Shown piece after piece: positions 48,684 through 60,783 of a stretch of DNA of 64,000 bases. A program made the translations under genes and the position numbers. The stretch is from Mobula hypostoma. Its lineage: Eukaryota. Numbering within the stretch: the first letter of the stretch is position 1; each line of letters begins with the position of its first letter. The DNA lies in contig NC_086121.1 of assembly GCF_963921235.1 (NCBI RefSeq), positions 17,546,001 to 17,610,000 of the forward strand, in the 5' to 3' direction. A model generated the notes under the pieces. That model searched no databases and was not told where the DNA came from. It saw only the letters and a program-made list of their open reading frames with translations.

Positions 48684-49899
48684 CTGGGAAGATTCAGAGA
48701 GACAAAGAAGGTTAGCAATGTATTTATTCAACACTAGATCAGTGGCATTCTGTATGTGTATTGGTAGTCAGGAGTCTTAAAATGTATTTTATGAGTCCTC
48801 TTCACTGCCTTTTTCCCTACCTCATTAATAGTCCAAACATTACTTTCTCTAATCAATGAGGTACAGTTTCTGCTATTTACCAGTTTAAACTATAGTGTTT
48901 TACAGGGACGGTGTGGGCAAAGCAGATTATTGCTTTGTGTCAGCCATTATTGTGTCACAGTGAATGAAGTTTTCAAACTGATTTCTGTTAAATGTCAGCT
49001 GAATTCATTGCAGGACTTTTCTTCTGTCTAGCTGAAATTTTGTAGATAAAGAGTCAGTCCCTCCACAAGTGCTGCCTGACCCGCTGAGCTCCTCCCGCAT
49101 TCTAAGTTTTGTAGAAATCTGGGCAACTGTCCATAGATACTGCCTCGCCTGCTGAACTCCTCTAGCATCCCGTCTGTTGCTTAACATTTCTAGCTCAATG
49201 AGTTTGTCCTAAAAATACGATTAGGCGTTTGTAAAATGATATTAAATGCAGCAAGTAAAATAAGCTACATTGGAAATCAGTGCAACTCCTAACTGTGTGG
49301 AGAAAAACTGTAAACTGAACTCTGATTTTGTCAGGAAATGAGGAGAAGGGGAACTGGCGACATCAGAACCCATTAAACATCAAGCAAAAGTGTCCACAAT
49401 CCTGGCACTCTAGACTTTCACAGCACCGTGTTTTATCAGCCTGTGCGTAATTTAGATTAGCGCAGAGAGTGCCGACTTCAACAGGAGACACACGCTCATT
49501 TTCCCCAGTTGTAAAATGCCACCTACATCGTAACTTCTCGGTCTAAACATTGTCTACGGCACCACAGATTTAAAGCTGAGCTACCCTGGCAAGCATCCGT
49601 TTCCATCAAATCTCACTTTTAGTACTTCCCCAGGGCTGACCTGCTTACTGTTAACACTCGGTTACACACACACGAGCACATTTTATACGGTGGGAATTAA
49701 CAAATCCAAGGGGTCCATCTTTCCTTATACAACAGCTCCGAGTGACTGTACAAACAAAGGGGCCGATTTAGTCTCGTATATTTTAATACAATTTATTAGT
49801 AGTAGATCTTTATATTTGACTGAATTAAGTTGCCACCCAGAGTACCGCCGAAAGGATTTTTTAAAAAATACATGGAAGTAGGGACATTCAAGCATTGGT

Positions 49900-52250
49900 G
49901 AAATTACCCAAGATAAGTGACGGGTGGGGTGCTGTTGGAGTTCGGGGCTGAGGGGGAGAAGAGCGGAGGTCAGTGGATGCAGGAACCATTAACTAGGAAA
50001 ATGAGATTATTATTTTCAAAAAGGGGGGGGAGACAGAAAAAGGGAAGGGTCAGAGGCAAGATGGCGAATATTCATTATTTTTAAAAAACACACACAGGGA
50101 TTGGCGATCTCCCAGGAACAGACAGGCAGCAGACATATGAAGGGAGGACATTAAAAACCGGTCTAAAAGGGTAACGTTCCCCCTCCCTCAACAAATCCCC
50201 AACTTCAGACAGGCAGCAATGAAAGGCGGTGGGCGACACGTTATCGCCAACCTATCTCTCCGATTAATAAGGGGTTTAAATATATATGCAAATCAACAAG
50301 ATGGCGCAAGGCGCTGTACTATACTCCGAAACCTCAGGGTCTGAAATCGAATCGCCTGCCGACAGAAATCGCCGAAAAATTTCATCTTATAAGTGGAATT
50401 TCTTGATTTTACATATACATAAAAATCAAACACAAGGAGATCCCATGATCTTCAACCGCCCCACCCCCAACCTCAATGCTGTTTAAATCAGATCTTACCT
50501 CCGAGTCGAAAGTTGAAGGCGATTCAGAATCCATCTCTATAATTATAAAAAGATACAATAATTATAGATTTTTCCGCTGCTGAAGAGATTTGAGCGAGAG
50601 AAGCATAATCCTGCCACGAACCAAACGAGTTCAGGGTTGGGGGGGGGGATCGCCATGGAGGAGGAAGAGGAGGCGGCGGCAGCGGCGGCGGCAGGTCAAA
50701 TTTAAAAGTTACCCGAATTTCCCTAACCTTTTTCTTTCATTTTATTCCTGCACATATTAAGTCTGATATTAAACTGGAATTTAATCGCGTTAGAAGCATT
50801 TCGAAAGCCGGTTTGCAGTTAAAGCAACGAGCCCAGATCGGTGTGGAGCGCTGGGGTGGATCCTATACTAGAAACCTCCTGATTTAAACACAGGAAAGTG
50901 TCTGCACACAACTAAAATGAAAAAAAAAAGAGTCGCTGCTGATACTTCGAATCGATGCTGCCATTTCCCTCTCTTTCTCCGATAAATGAATACGGGATAA
51001 ACGTTGATCGCGCCTCCAATTAAAGAGAAAATCCCTATATAATATTGACGACCGTGTTTTTTTTTGCCGGCGATCTCCCAAAATAAAGCTTCTATATAAG
51101 GGATAAAGTTAGTTTTGAATCCTTTAACCATAGCATTTAGAAAGGGGGGAAAATTCCAGGATCTGGAGCCCACCTTGGAAAGATCCCCTGGCGGTGCGGT
51201 TTGTCATTTCTGAATAAAAAGATTTCTCACATTCGAGGCTCTACGGTATCCTTGCAAAATTTAATCGCTATCGAAGGAAGAAAATTATAATTAAAAATAA
51301 ATGGATACCTTTCTCCGGTCCGAATGATACAATGTAACAAAATCCTGATGTCAACCCTTAATCTCCATGCAAATGAAGCCCCGACCATTCTATTCCCAGT
51401 CCGGGGTGGGAGGGGTGTAGGAAGCGTCCATTCATCTTCTTAAAACATGAACTAAAACAATGGGATTCATACATATATATTAATTATATCCTAAATTAGA
51501 TGTATCTGTGCTATTTTGTTTACTGTGAACTAATAGTTTCTGTTAAACAAGGGGTCTCTCCTTCGCCTTTACCCCCTCCTTTCGTTGGTTTGTGTTTGTG
51601 ACCGGACCAACCCCCAGAAATAGTTGCAAACTGGAATTTGCAATAAGTTTTTTTTCCCCACCCTTATCTCCAAATTTATTTCTAAAGTATAGAGAGGGGG
51701 TTGGCGAGATTAGTTGGTCGTGAGGCTATCGGGTTAAGATTTCCGGTAAGTGCAAATGATTTTACTCTTCGTTTTCTACGTCGTTTCTCGGGACTGCCTC
51801 CCCGCTCTTGTTGCAGGGGCGGGGAATGGGGCAGAGCAGAGAAATCCCAGACGCGCCAGGAAACGGATCCCGTCAGTTTTGTCGTCTCTTCAGTCTCCCA
51901 TGTCCTCCCTCCAGCAATATAGCCTGCACCTCCAGGTAGCCGAGGGTTAACCGGGGAAATTTATACCTTACAGTTATTTTTATTTTGCTGTCGTTCAATA
52001 TGCAGGAATCGTTTTAAATTGTGTATTTCTTTTTTCTAAAGAATAGGGATCGTGTTTTTTTGTTTTGCATTGCTGATCATTGCTCTTAACGACGAGGTTG
52101 TATCGAGGTTCCAGTATCTTGTGGATTAGCGATATCCACGTGTTGGGGAGACAGCGACAGGGTGTTTCTGGTGACGTGTGCCCTTCTGAGACTCCAAGTC
52201 TCTCATTCACTCTCCCTTGTTCGTACGTGTGGGCTATTTTTGGCTTTCAT
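49900..52250. promoter_or_regulatory. CpG-rich PHF13 promoter / first intron region, possibly bidirectional
   Basis: Elevated CpG; (GCG)n tract ~50672-50692; YY1 motif CAAGATGGCG at 50057 and 50297; octamer ATGCAAAT at 50286 and 51367. Confidence 0.7.
50499..50534 (-). CDS. PHF13: PHF13 coding exon 1
   Basis: ATG GAT TCT GAA...GAG|gtaaga; MDSESPSTFDSE (human MDSDS...PE); 36 nt, phase 0. Confidence 0.85.
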
Positions 52251-53075
52251 TTACCCAGATTTTTATATTTAAAAAATTGCTGATTGTTATAGTTCCGCCA
52301 GGTTTATTTATTAGCTTTTATTAATTCGAGAATTTCCTTCCAAACTAATATCGTAGTGATTTCGTTTTTCATCATTAAGCTGCCTGTTATTCTAATTCAG
52401 TTGCAATGTTGGGGGTTTATATATAGAATACCAGAGGATGACTTACAGGCCTGAGATTTCATGGGGGATGGGAGTCAGATGATTCTGGAGTAAGGGAAGA
52501 AATGAGTGGCGGGTCTTTGCGTGGCTGGTTTCCGATGTGAAATGTTTTCACTTCAAACCGACCACAGGACAGTTAAGCGCATGGAGGCCATCGGCCTGTC
52601 GAGACTATAGAGGCACGATCTAGCTGGTCTCTGCAAATATTTTTAGATACTTTTCCGACTCCTTTTTGGTGACTGCAATTGATTCTGAATGTAACTTGTG
52701 ATGCATCCAGATTTTATTCGCTTGCTACATTGTTTCCTTTGTCACAATCATCTTCATCCTTTGCCCCGCTTTCCCTCCCTCCCCACTCTCCCTCCCTCCC
52801 CACTCTGGAAGCCTTCTGCAACGGTATACTTCACGATTTTAAATACCTCTATCCGATTTCCTGTCAGACTTCAGTGTTCCGAGAAGCCAATCCCAACATC
52901 AGTCCTTGTACATTACCAAGGTCCCTCATCCCTGAAATACTTTTAGCAGATCTCTTACGCACCCTTTCCAGTGCACTTTAATCTTTATTGAAGTGTGGCT
53001 AGAAATGGATATGGTACTGTTCACAAACTCTTCTGTTAAGACAATGTAGCAGGACGGACTTGCTCTCTGCGTCCA

Positions 53076-53930
53076 TAATCAGAATCGGGTTTATTATCAC
53101 TGGCATGTGTCCTGAAAGTTGTTAACTTAACAGCAACTGTTCATTGCAATACATAATATAAAAGGGGAAAAATAGTAATAAATAAATAATAAATCCGTTA
53201 CCGTATACGTATATTGAATAGATTAAAAATCGTGCAAAAACATAAATAATATATATTAAAGTGAGGTAGTGTTCAAGGGTTCAATATCCATTTAGGAATC
53301 GGATGGCAGAGGGGAAGAAGCTGTTCCTGCATCGCTGAGTGTGTGCCTTCAGGCTTCTGTACCTCCTTCCTGATGGTAACAGTGAGAAAAGGGCATGTCC
53401 TGGGTGCTGGAGGTCCTTAATAATGGAAGCTGCCTTTCTGAGATACTACTCCTTGAAGATGTCCTGGGTACTTTGTAGGCTAGTACCCAAGAGGGAGCTA
53501 ACTAAATTTATGACCCTTTGCAACTTCTTTTGGTCTTGTGCAGTAGCTCCCACCCCCCCCCCCATACCAGACAGTGATGCATCCTGTCAGAATGTGCTCC
53601 ATGGTACATCTATAGAAGTTTTTGAGTGTATTTGTTGACATACCAAATCTCTTCAAACTCCTAATAAAGTATAGCAGCTGTCTTTATAACTGCATCAATA
53701 TGTTGGGACCAGGTTAGGTCTTCTGAGATCTTTTACACCAAGGAACTTGAAACTGCTCACTCTCTCTACTTCTGATCCCTTTATGAGGATTGGTATGTGT
53801 TCCTTCGTTTTACCCTTCCTGAAGTCCACAATCAGCTCTTTCATCTAATAACTTTGAGTGCCAGGTTGTTGCTGCAGCACCACTCCACTAGTTGGCATAT
53901 CTTGCTCCTGTACGCCCTCTCGCCACCATT
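53076..53930 (-). mobile_element. Rex1/Babar-like non-LTR 3' fragment
   Basis: Tail aatcagaatcgggtttattatcac; gaagaagctgttcctg; aggaacttgaaact (reverse of SFKFL). Confidence 0.75.
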
Positions 53931-54214
53931 TATAAAGGCCATTTTTAAAAATCACTTTCTTCTTGATTTGGAGTTGTTTCAACAAACTGTATATGTATCC
54001 ACAGATCTTTGTTCTTGAACAGTACCATTTTTAGAACTATGCTACTTTGTGTACATTGCCTCTCATTTTTCCTATGACTTGTAACATTGACAGCATTAAA
54101 TTTAATCTATCACCTACCAACAGCCTACCAACCTGTTTCCTTGGAACCCATTGTAATACCTTAACACAAAAGAGGAGGGAGATGAAACGCAGGAAACTAC
54201 AGCCTGTTTGCTTA

Positions 54215-54660
54215 ACGCAAGTCAACAGCATCCATCATCAAGGCCCCACACCAATCCAGGCCATGCTCTCTTCTTGCTGCTTCCATTGGAGTGGAGGTAC
54301 AGGAGCCACACCACCAGGTTCAGGAACTGTTATTACCCTTCAGCCACCTGGCTCCCAAACCAGCATGGATAACTTCACTCCCTTCAGCACTGAACTGATT
54401 CTACAATCTATGGACTTACTTTCAAGAACTGTACAACTCATGTTCTCAGTATTATTTTATTATTATTTGTTTTTCTTTTTGTATTTTCACAGTTTATTGT
54501 CTTGTGCACATCGTCTGTCTTTGTTTTTCATTGACTTTATTGTGTTTCTTCATATGTACTGTGTATGTAGTAGTGCAGAGACACAACACTTGCAAGAAAA
54601 TAGATCTCAGGATAGATGACATATACATACCTTGATAATAAATTTACTTTGAACTTTGAT
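54215..54660 (+). mobile_element. Rex1/Babar-like 3' fragment
   Basis: ccaggccatgctctcttc...accaccaggttcaggaac; ends with aataaatttactttgaactttga tail. Confidence 0.7.
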
Positions 54661-54778
54661 CTGTCGTTGGGAAAATATTAGAAGCTACTGTTAAAGGTGT
54701 AACAGGGCAGTTTAGAAAATTCAAGGTAATTATGCAAAGTCAAAATATGTCTGTGAAAGGGAAATTGTGGGCACCCTC

Positions 54779-55105
54779 AAGGCACAGTGGTGTAGCTAGA
54801 AAGAGCTGCTTACGGTTCCACAACCCGGATTCAGTCCTGATCTTTGATGTTTGGAGTTTGCATGCTTTCACTGTGACTGCATAGGTTTCTTCTAAGTGCT
54901 CCTGATTCCTCCAGAAATGTGCGGGTTGGTAGGTGAATTGGCCCCTATAAATTGCCCTGAAGTGTAGGTAAGTGGTAGGATATGGGGGAGTTGACAGAAA
55001 TCTGGGGGGAAACTAGGAGTAATCTCGGATTAGTGTAAGTAGATGCTTGATGGCTAGCACAGACTCAGTGGGCCAAAGAGCCTGTTTTAATCTATCACTC
55101 TCTGA
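54779..55105 (+). mobile_element. V-SINE (HE1-like, with LINE-derived tail)
   Basis: ggcacagtggtgtagc (A box), ggattcagtcc (B box), degenerate V-domain, tail gcacagactcagtgggccaaagagcctg. Confidence 0.72.
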
Positions 55106-56361
55106 ACCACATCAATTTACAAGCCATTAGACTTATAAATTCAAGTGTCTGTACATTGCGATGGAGTCATAAAGCAAAGATTTTTACTCCCTCACGTTGT
55201 GGGATGGACGTAAGATTTAAATAAATTCAATTCAAATTCAAAGATTATTACTGAAAATAAAAATTCATTGTGTAGAGGTTACTTATGATCGACAAGAAAA
55301 GGTACACATCAATAGATCCTTTTCTGGTTGGCAAAATGTATCAGTGCTGGAGCGTGGACTTTTCTAATTTCTATGAATGACTTGAGTGAAGGCATCAGGT
55401 TTGGTTGTTGAACTTATAGGTTAGCAAGTAAGTTGTCAGGGTGCTACAACGGGCCACAGATAGGTTAAGAAAGTTGACAAAGATCTTGCACATGCAATAT
55501 AATGTGAAATTGTTGATTAGGTTTTGTAATTTCTTTTGGAAAGTGTGAAAGCAAAGTCTATAAGTCTTGTATTTCAAATTTTCAGTATCTGTAATATTTT
55601 GATTTTCAGTTATAATTTTCTTTGCAAGCTTTGTTTCCATTTACCTGTGCTATATTGGTTCCCAAATCATTGAAGTTGTCCTTTCTCCAACTGATCATTT
55701 TAACTTGTAATGGTATATATTCTAAGCTTTACAAAATCATGGTCACTCATCCTAGATGTTCCTCCATTACCTTCCCCCTTGGGACAGAACTATACCAATC
55801 AAGAACATTCTCCTGAACACATTCCAGAAACTACAGCCCTCTTTACCTATTGTTATTGCTATCCAGATATGAATTTGAATAATTGAAATCACACACTATC
55901 ATTACTCCATGATTTATGCACATCAGTGTATTTCCCTTGAAGGTTATAAACCTCTAATATTTATTGCTCAGTTGACACTGCTGTTCTGTCCCTATGCAGC
56001 TGAGCCAGGAATGTGATCCTTTGTTTTTTGTGATCTTTTGTTTTTCATGGAAACAAACCATTCAGTCCAAATCATCAATACTGATCAGTAGGCAGCCTTC
56101 TGAATGAATCCCATTGCACAGCATATGGTCCATTGTCTTCCATGATTAAGTGATTCAGGTGCTATGTAGACACTTCTTAAATGCCATCAGTTTAACCACT
56201 CTCTCAGGCAGTGCATTCCAGGTACCTGCCACTCTCTGGGTGAAGGTCTCCCTGATATCACCTCCACCTCTCTTCCCCCTCACTCTGAGCTAATATCCTC
56301 TCGTTTTATCTACTTCTGCTATGGAGTAAATGCTTTCTTCAATCTACATATACCCCATATA

Positions 56362-58677
56362 CAGTGGATTCTGGTTAATTGGACAGTTACTTATCTAGGA
56401 CAACTCTTAAAGAAAAAGAAACAAATCAAGAAAATAGCCGAGATTCCCTTCATTTACTTGTGACATTGTGCCGCTTAATTGGGGCAGGAGAAGGTCAGTC
56501 ACAGACCGTGAGAGCAAACAGTTGTGTCAGCTGCGGTGTGCTTATGTTATGTTACCCATTTGGGTCAACGGAAGCCAATTCAAAAAGCAGTGATTTTTGA
56601 TAATATTTTTTATTTTGGTCCTTGCTAAGATGCCATGAAAGCCTTTGATCTTAGCTGAAAAAATTACCTTACTGGACCAAATTGAAAGCCATCCGCCCAA
56701 CACCGCTCTTCGTCAGGTGGCAGAGGTAACTGGAGTGCCGAAATCTACAATTTCATGCTTGATACATCAGCAAGATAAACTGTGAGAAGAATGGGCATTA
56801 CACGAGGGACAACAGGAAACATCCCAAAAACAGTATGGCACCACGCAGTGGTTAGCATGAAGCTATTACGACTTGGTGTTGGAGTTCAGAGTTCAATTCT
56901 GATGTCATCTGCAAGGAAAATGTACATCCTCCCCATGGAATGCATGGGTTTTCTCTGGGTGCTCCGATTTCCTTCCACAGTCCAGAGACATTCCGGTTGG
57001 TAAGGTAATTGGTCATTGTAAATTGTCCCGTGATTAGGCTAGTATTGAATCGGGGTTGCTGGGGCCGAAGAGCCTACTCTGTGCTGTGTGTCTCTAAATA
57101 AAAATGGAAGTGTGAAGGTAAGATCCAGATGTTGAAGACGCCATTGTAACTGGACAAGGTGTGCATGACAGTGGACCAGTGTTAAAAAGCAAATCAGAAG
57201 AACTAGCTAAGAAGCTGGGTCACGAAGACTTTAAAGCAACAGATGGTTGGTTGTCTCAATGGAAATTTAGGTACACATTAAAATCAAGAACATTCACGGC
57301 AAGAAAGGTGGTGCAGAAACATGGAAATCTACAAAACTCCCCGACTTTCTTCAGAAATTTTCTGCAATGTCGATGGAACAGGCCTTTTTTTAATCATGCC
57401 ACGCTGGATGGTTCTCTTTGCTACAAACATGCAGTACTATCAGGTTCAAAGAAACCAATGGATTATGTAACTTATGTTGTGCAAATATGTCAAGAACAGA
57501 TAAAAAGAAATAGTTGGTTAGTTGGATAAGTGTTAAACTTTGATGCTTTAGTGCTAAGAAGAATAATTTATCCATTGAGTTTATGCTAATGTGTGGATGA
57601 CTTTTGAAACTTTTAAGAAATGGCTGATAGGTTGGGATATGGAGCTACAGCAGAAATTAAGCAAAATTCTTCTGCTTGTGGACAATTGTACAGCACACCC
57701 TGATGTAGAATGTTGGAGAAACATCCAGATGGAATTTCTGCCTGCCAATACAACATCCTTGGTACAACCGTTGGATATGGGAATCATAAAAAATTTAAAG
57801 ACATTGTATCGCAGAAGGTTGGTGAACCACATTCTCGAAGCAAATGAAGAACTGACATCTTCACCAGCCAAGGAAATGAATGTAAGGGTTCAACTTTTAC
57901 AGTTTGTCAATGATGAGAAATAAACATCAAGACAATTCGGAAGTGTTTTGCTCACTGCGGTTTCAAGCATTCAAGCTTGGAGATGCCCGAAACGGCCAGG
58001 AGTGAAAACGAAATGATTTCACTACTACAATGAGTTAGGAACTTTGCAGAATTTGAAGGTATTAATAATCATCTTGAATTTTACTATGAAAAAAAGAATT
58101 ATGAAGAAAAAGAATTTCAGGATGTATATTGTATACATTTTTCTGACATTAAATGTACCTTTTGAAACCTTTGAAATGAAGATTTTGGGGGATGTAATTG
58201 TCAGAAGCATTGTATCAAAACACCAAGGTGGGGAAAATGAAGACAAGGAAAATGATGAGTGTCACATAGTTGAACCTGAGCTCGCGACCACACGAGATGC
58301 CAGGAAGTTTATTGTTTAATTTTGACATCACTTCATTTCCAAAGCATTGAAGGTAGTCCATTAGTTGCACTAGGTGTTTACGCTGATTTTGTTTATGTAC
58401 AGTCAATCAAAAGAACACACCAGCATATACTCGATGAATTCCTCTGTTAGTAACTATTAAAAACTACACAGTTTTATAATACTGTAGTAATATTGATAGT
58501 ATTCTAATTTCTTCTGTATTTCATTTAAATGCATTTTTTAAACTCTGTTAAACGGTAGTTTGCCTTTTTTAATATATCTTTTTAACTGTTTCCATGAAAC
58601 TTCGGATAATTGGGACAGACAATTAATTGGGCCAAAATGTACCGGTCCCATGTGCCCCCAATTAATCAGAATCCACT
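56362..58677 (+). mobile_element. Tigger/pogo-family DNA transposon with decayed CENP-B-HTH/DDE_1 transposase
   Basis: TA|cagtggattctggttaattgg ... ccaattaatcagaatccact; FKATDGWLSQWKFRY; WMTFETF..WL; ILLLVDNCTAHP; FLPANTTSLVQPLDMGII. Confidence 0.92.
56836..57101 (+). mobile_element. V-SINE inserted in the Tigger transposase
   Basis: cgcagtggttagc, gagttcaattc, V-domain tgggttttctctgggtgctccgatttccttccacagtcc. Confidence 0.78.
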
Positions 58678-59739
58678 ACCTCAGTCATTCCCCACCTTAA
58701 CCTCCTCCAGTCCAAGGAGAATAAACCTACTTTCTACAGTCTTTTCTCATGACTAAGTTGCTCCATCCCAGGCAACATCCTGGTGAATTTCCTCTGTGCC
58801 CTCTCCAACACTATCACATCATTGACACTTGAAAGGATCCATGGACTTGTGCCTCTGTTTCTCTATACTCCCTAAAGCCCTTCCATCTATTGTGCCTAAC
58901 CTAGTCTCTTTAGTGCCCCCAAAATGCATCACTGCAGATTTGTCTGGATTAAATTCCATCTGTCGTTGTTTTTCAGCCCATTCCACCCATCAGTATCTCT
59001 GCAGCCTTTGCCCTCCACACTGTCAACAATTCTGCCAATCTGTCATCTATGAATTTTTCCTCCCACATCCAAGTAACTCAAGTACATGGCAAACTGCATG
59101 GGTTTTGTTGCTTTGTTGGGGGTATCCATGATATTCGATCACAAAAACAACTCTCACCTTTCTGACTCCTATTGCCAAGCCATGTTGGCTATCTGATTAA
59201 TCCCTGCCTTTCCAGTTGAGTGTTAGTCCTCTCCTTCAGAATGTTTTCCAGTATCTTCTGTACCACCGATGTTAAGCTCACAGGTTTATCTTTACTAGCC
59301 TTTTTCCTGCTACATTTATTAAAGAAGGTGACCACATTTGCTGTCCTCCAGTTACCTGGTGTCTCACTTCCGTCCAGCAGTGTCTTCCTTGCTCCCTGTA
59401 GTATCCTGCAGTAAATCCCACCTGGTCCTAGAGACTCAGCCACCTCCAATGCTTTGAGTATCCCATCTTTATTTATGGAGATCTGTACTAGACCTTTGCT
59501 ATTTTTCTTTTTCAATGGATTTTTCAACTACAAAGGCTTTAATTTATAAGAATACTGATTTTTAAAACACTATTTAGGACCTTGCCTATACCTTCTGGCT
59601 CTATGCACAGATGGCCTCCATTGCCCTTAATGGAATCACTTCTCTGGTTATTCTTTTGCCCTTACTGTACTTTAGAAAGTCTTCAGATTTACCTGGTGAC
59701 CTCTCATGACCCCTACAGAAACATGTTTGCCTTGAAATC

Positions 59740-59814
59740 ATGCTCTTTCCCCTTGGAGTGCTACTTGCTGTGTAGATGCTCTTTCCCCTCGGAATGCTAC
59801 CCACTGTGTAGATG
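59740..59814. repeat. 36-bp tandem duplication
   Basis: atgctctttccccttggagtgctacttgctgtgtag followed by atgctctttcccctcggaatgctacccactgtgtag. Confidence 0.85.
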
Positions 59815-60783
59815 TAGACCTACAAGTAGATGCTCCCAATGTACCTTTGCCAAGTCCTCCCTTATGTTAATGAAATTAGTCTTCCAATTTTAAAATCCTT
59901 ATTACTGATCCAGATCTATCCTTTACCGTAACTATTTAAAAAGACAAATAAATCTGAGTACCTCCACCTCAGTGGAGTTATGTTCCGTATAACCCTCATT
60001 CCACTTGACTAGTTAGATTCTGCAAGATGAAACTTCATTCACAGAGTTTAGCACTTACTGCTCTGTCTATATATTGTGCCAAAAAGCTCCTCTGGATACC
60101 TCTCAAAAAAATTTTCCCCTTCAGAACCTTTAACGAACAGGCAATCCCAGTGAAATCGCCCAGTATGATTATGACATCCACCTACATCTTTGTTTCTCTC
60201 CCTCCTGTGAACTGCTGGGAGCTCTGTAAGTATAGACCCAGCAAAGTGATAACTTTTTTTTTGTTTCTAACTTACCATTTATGGCCTCATTTGAAAAGCT
60301 TTCTGGAACACTCTACTGAAGTAATGTAATATTTGACGATCAGTGCAATACCATCTTTCCTTTCCCAGCCCCACCCCCACCATCTCGCTGATACTCTGGG
60401 ATGTAAAGTTGCCAGTCCTGCTCATCCTACAATCATATCTCATTAATTACATTAATATCATAGACACTTATGTTAATTAAAGCTTTAATTTCATCCTTGA
60501 CTTCTCACTTGTTGAATCTACTGGACTTGCTGTTTTCCCTCTTGGCCAGGGTTCCCAACTTGGGGTCCACAGGCCCCTCGGCTAATAGTAAAAAAGGTTG
60601 GGAACGCCTGCTCTCCGTGATTGTATCTCTCCATTCTGCTTTAAATATTTATTTAGTCAGTAACTTTCTGTAATTTGTGCTTTTTGATGGGTTTATTCAT
60701 TGTGAAGATGTGCAGTACTTCACTCTTGTTTTAAGTAGGTAAACTTTCTGTGTAGTATTATTTAATTAAAGACATCTCATGTA

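Larger units (their letters stand above)
56050..60480 (-). mobile_element. Old CR1-type LINE, interrupted by the Tigger element
   Basis: ORF PGNWRTANVVTFFNKCSRKKASKDKPVSLTSVVQKILENI (RT domain start); sequence continuous on both sides of 56362-58677. Confidence 0.75.

Noticed and set aside
50655-50705. + strand gccATGG ORF MEEEEEAAAAAAAGQI*
   Set aside because: Only 16 codons; it is the antisense reading of the (CCG)/(CCT) tract in the PHF13 5' region
54047-54619. 190-aa + strand ORF
   Set aside because: Runs through a Rex1/Babar-like 3' fragment and a low-complexity T-rich UTR; no recognisable protein
54779-54845. tRNA gene suggested by A/B boxes
   Set aside because: Followed by a V-domain and LINE-like tail, and no complete cloverleaf; it is a SINE head
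57161-57923. Possible domesticated TIGD/CENP-B-like gene
   Set aside because: Frameshifts, stops, a SINE insertion and flanking TIRs show a decayed transposon
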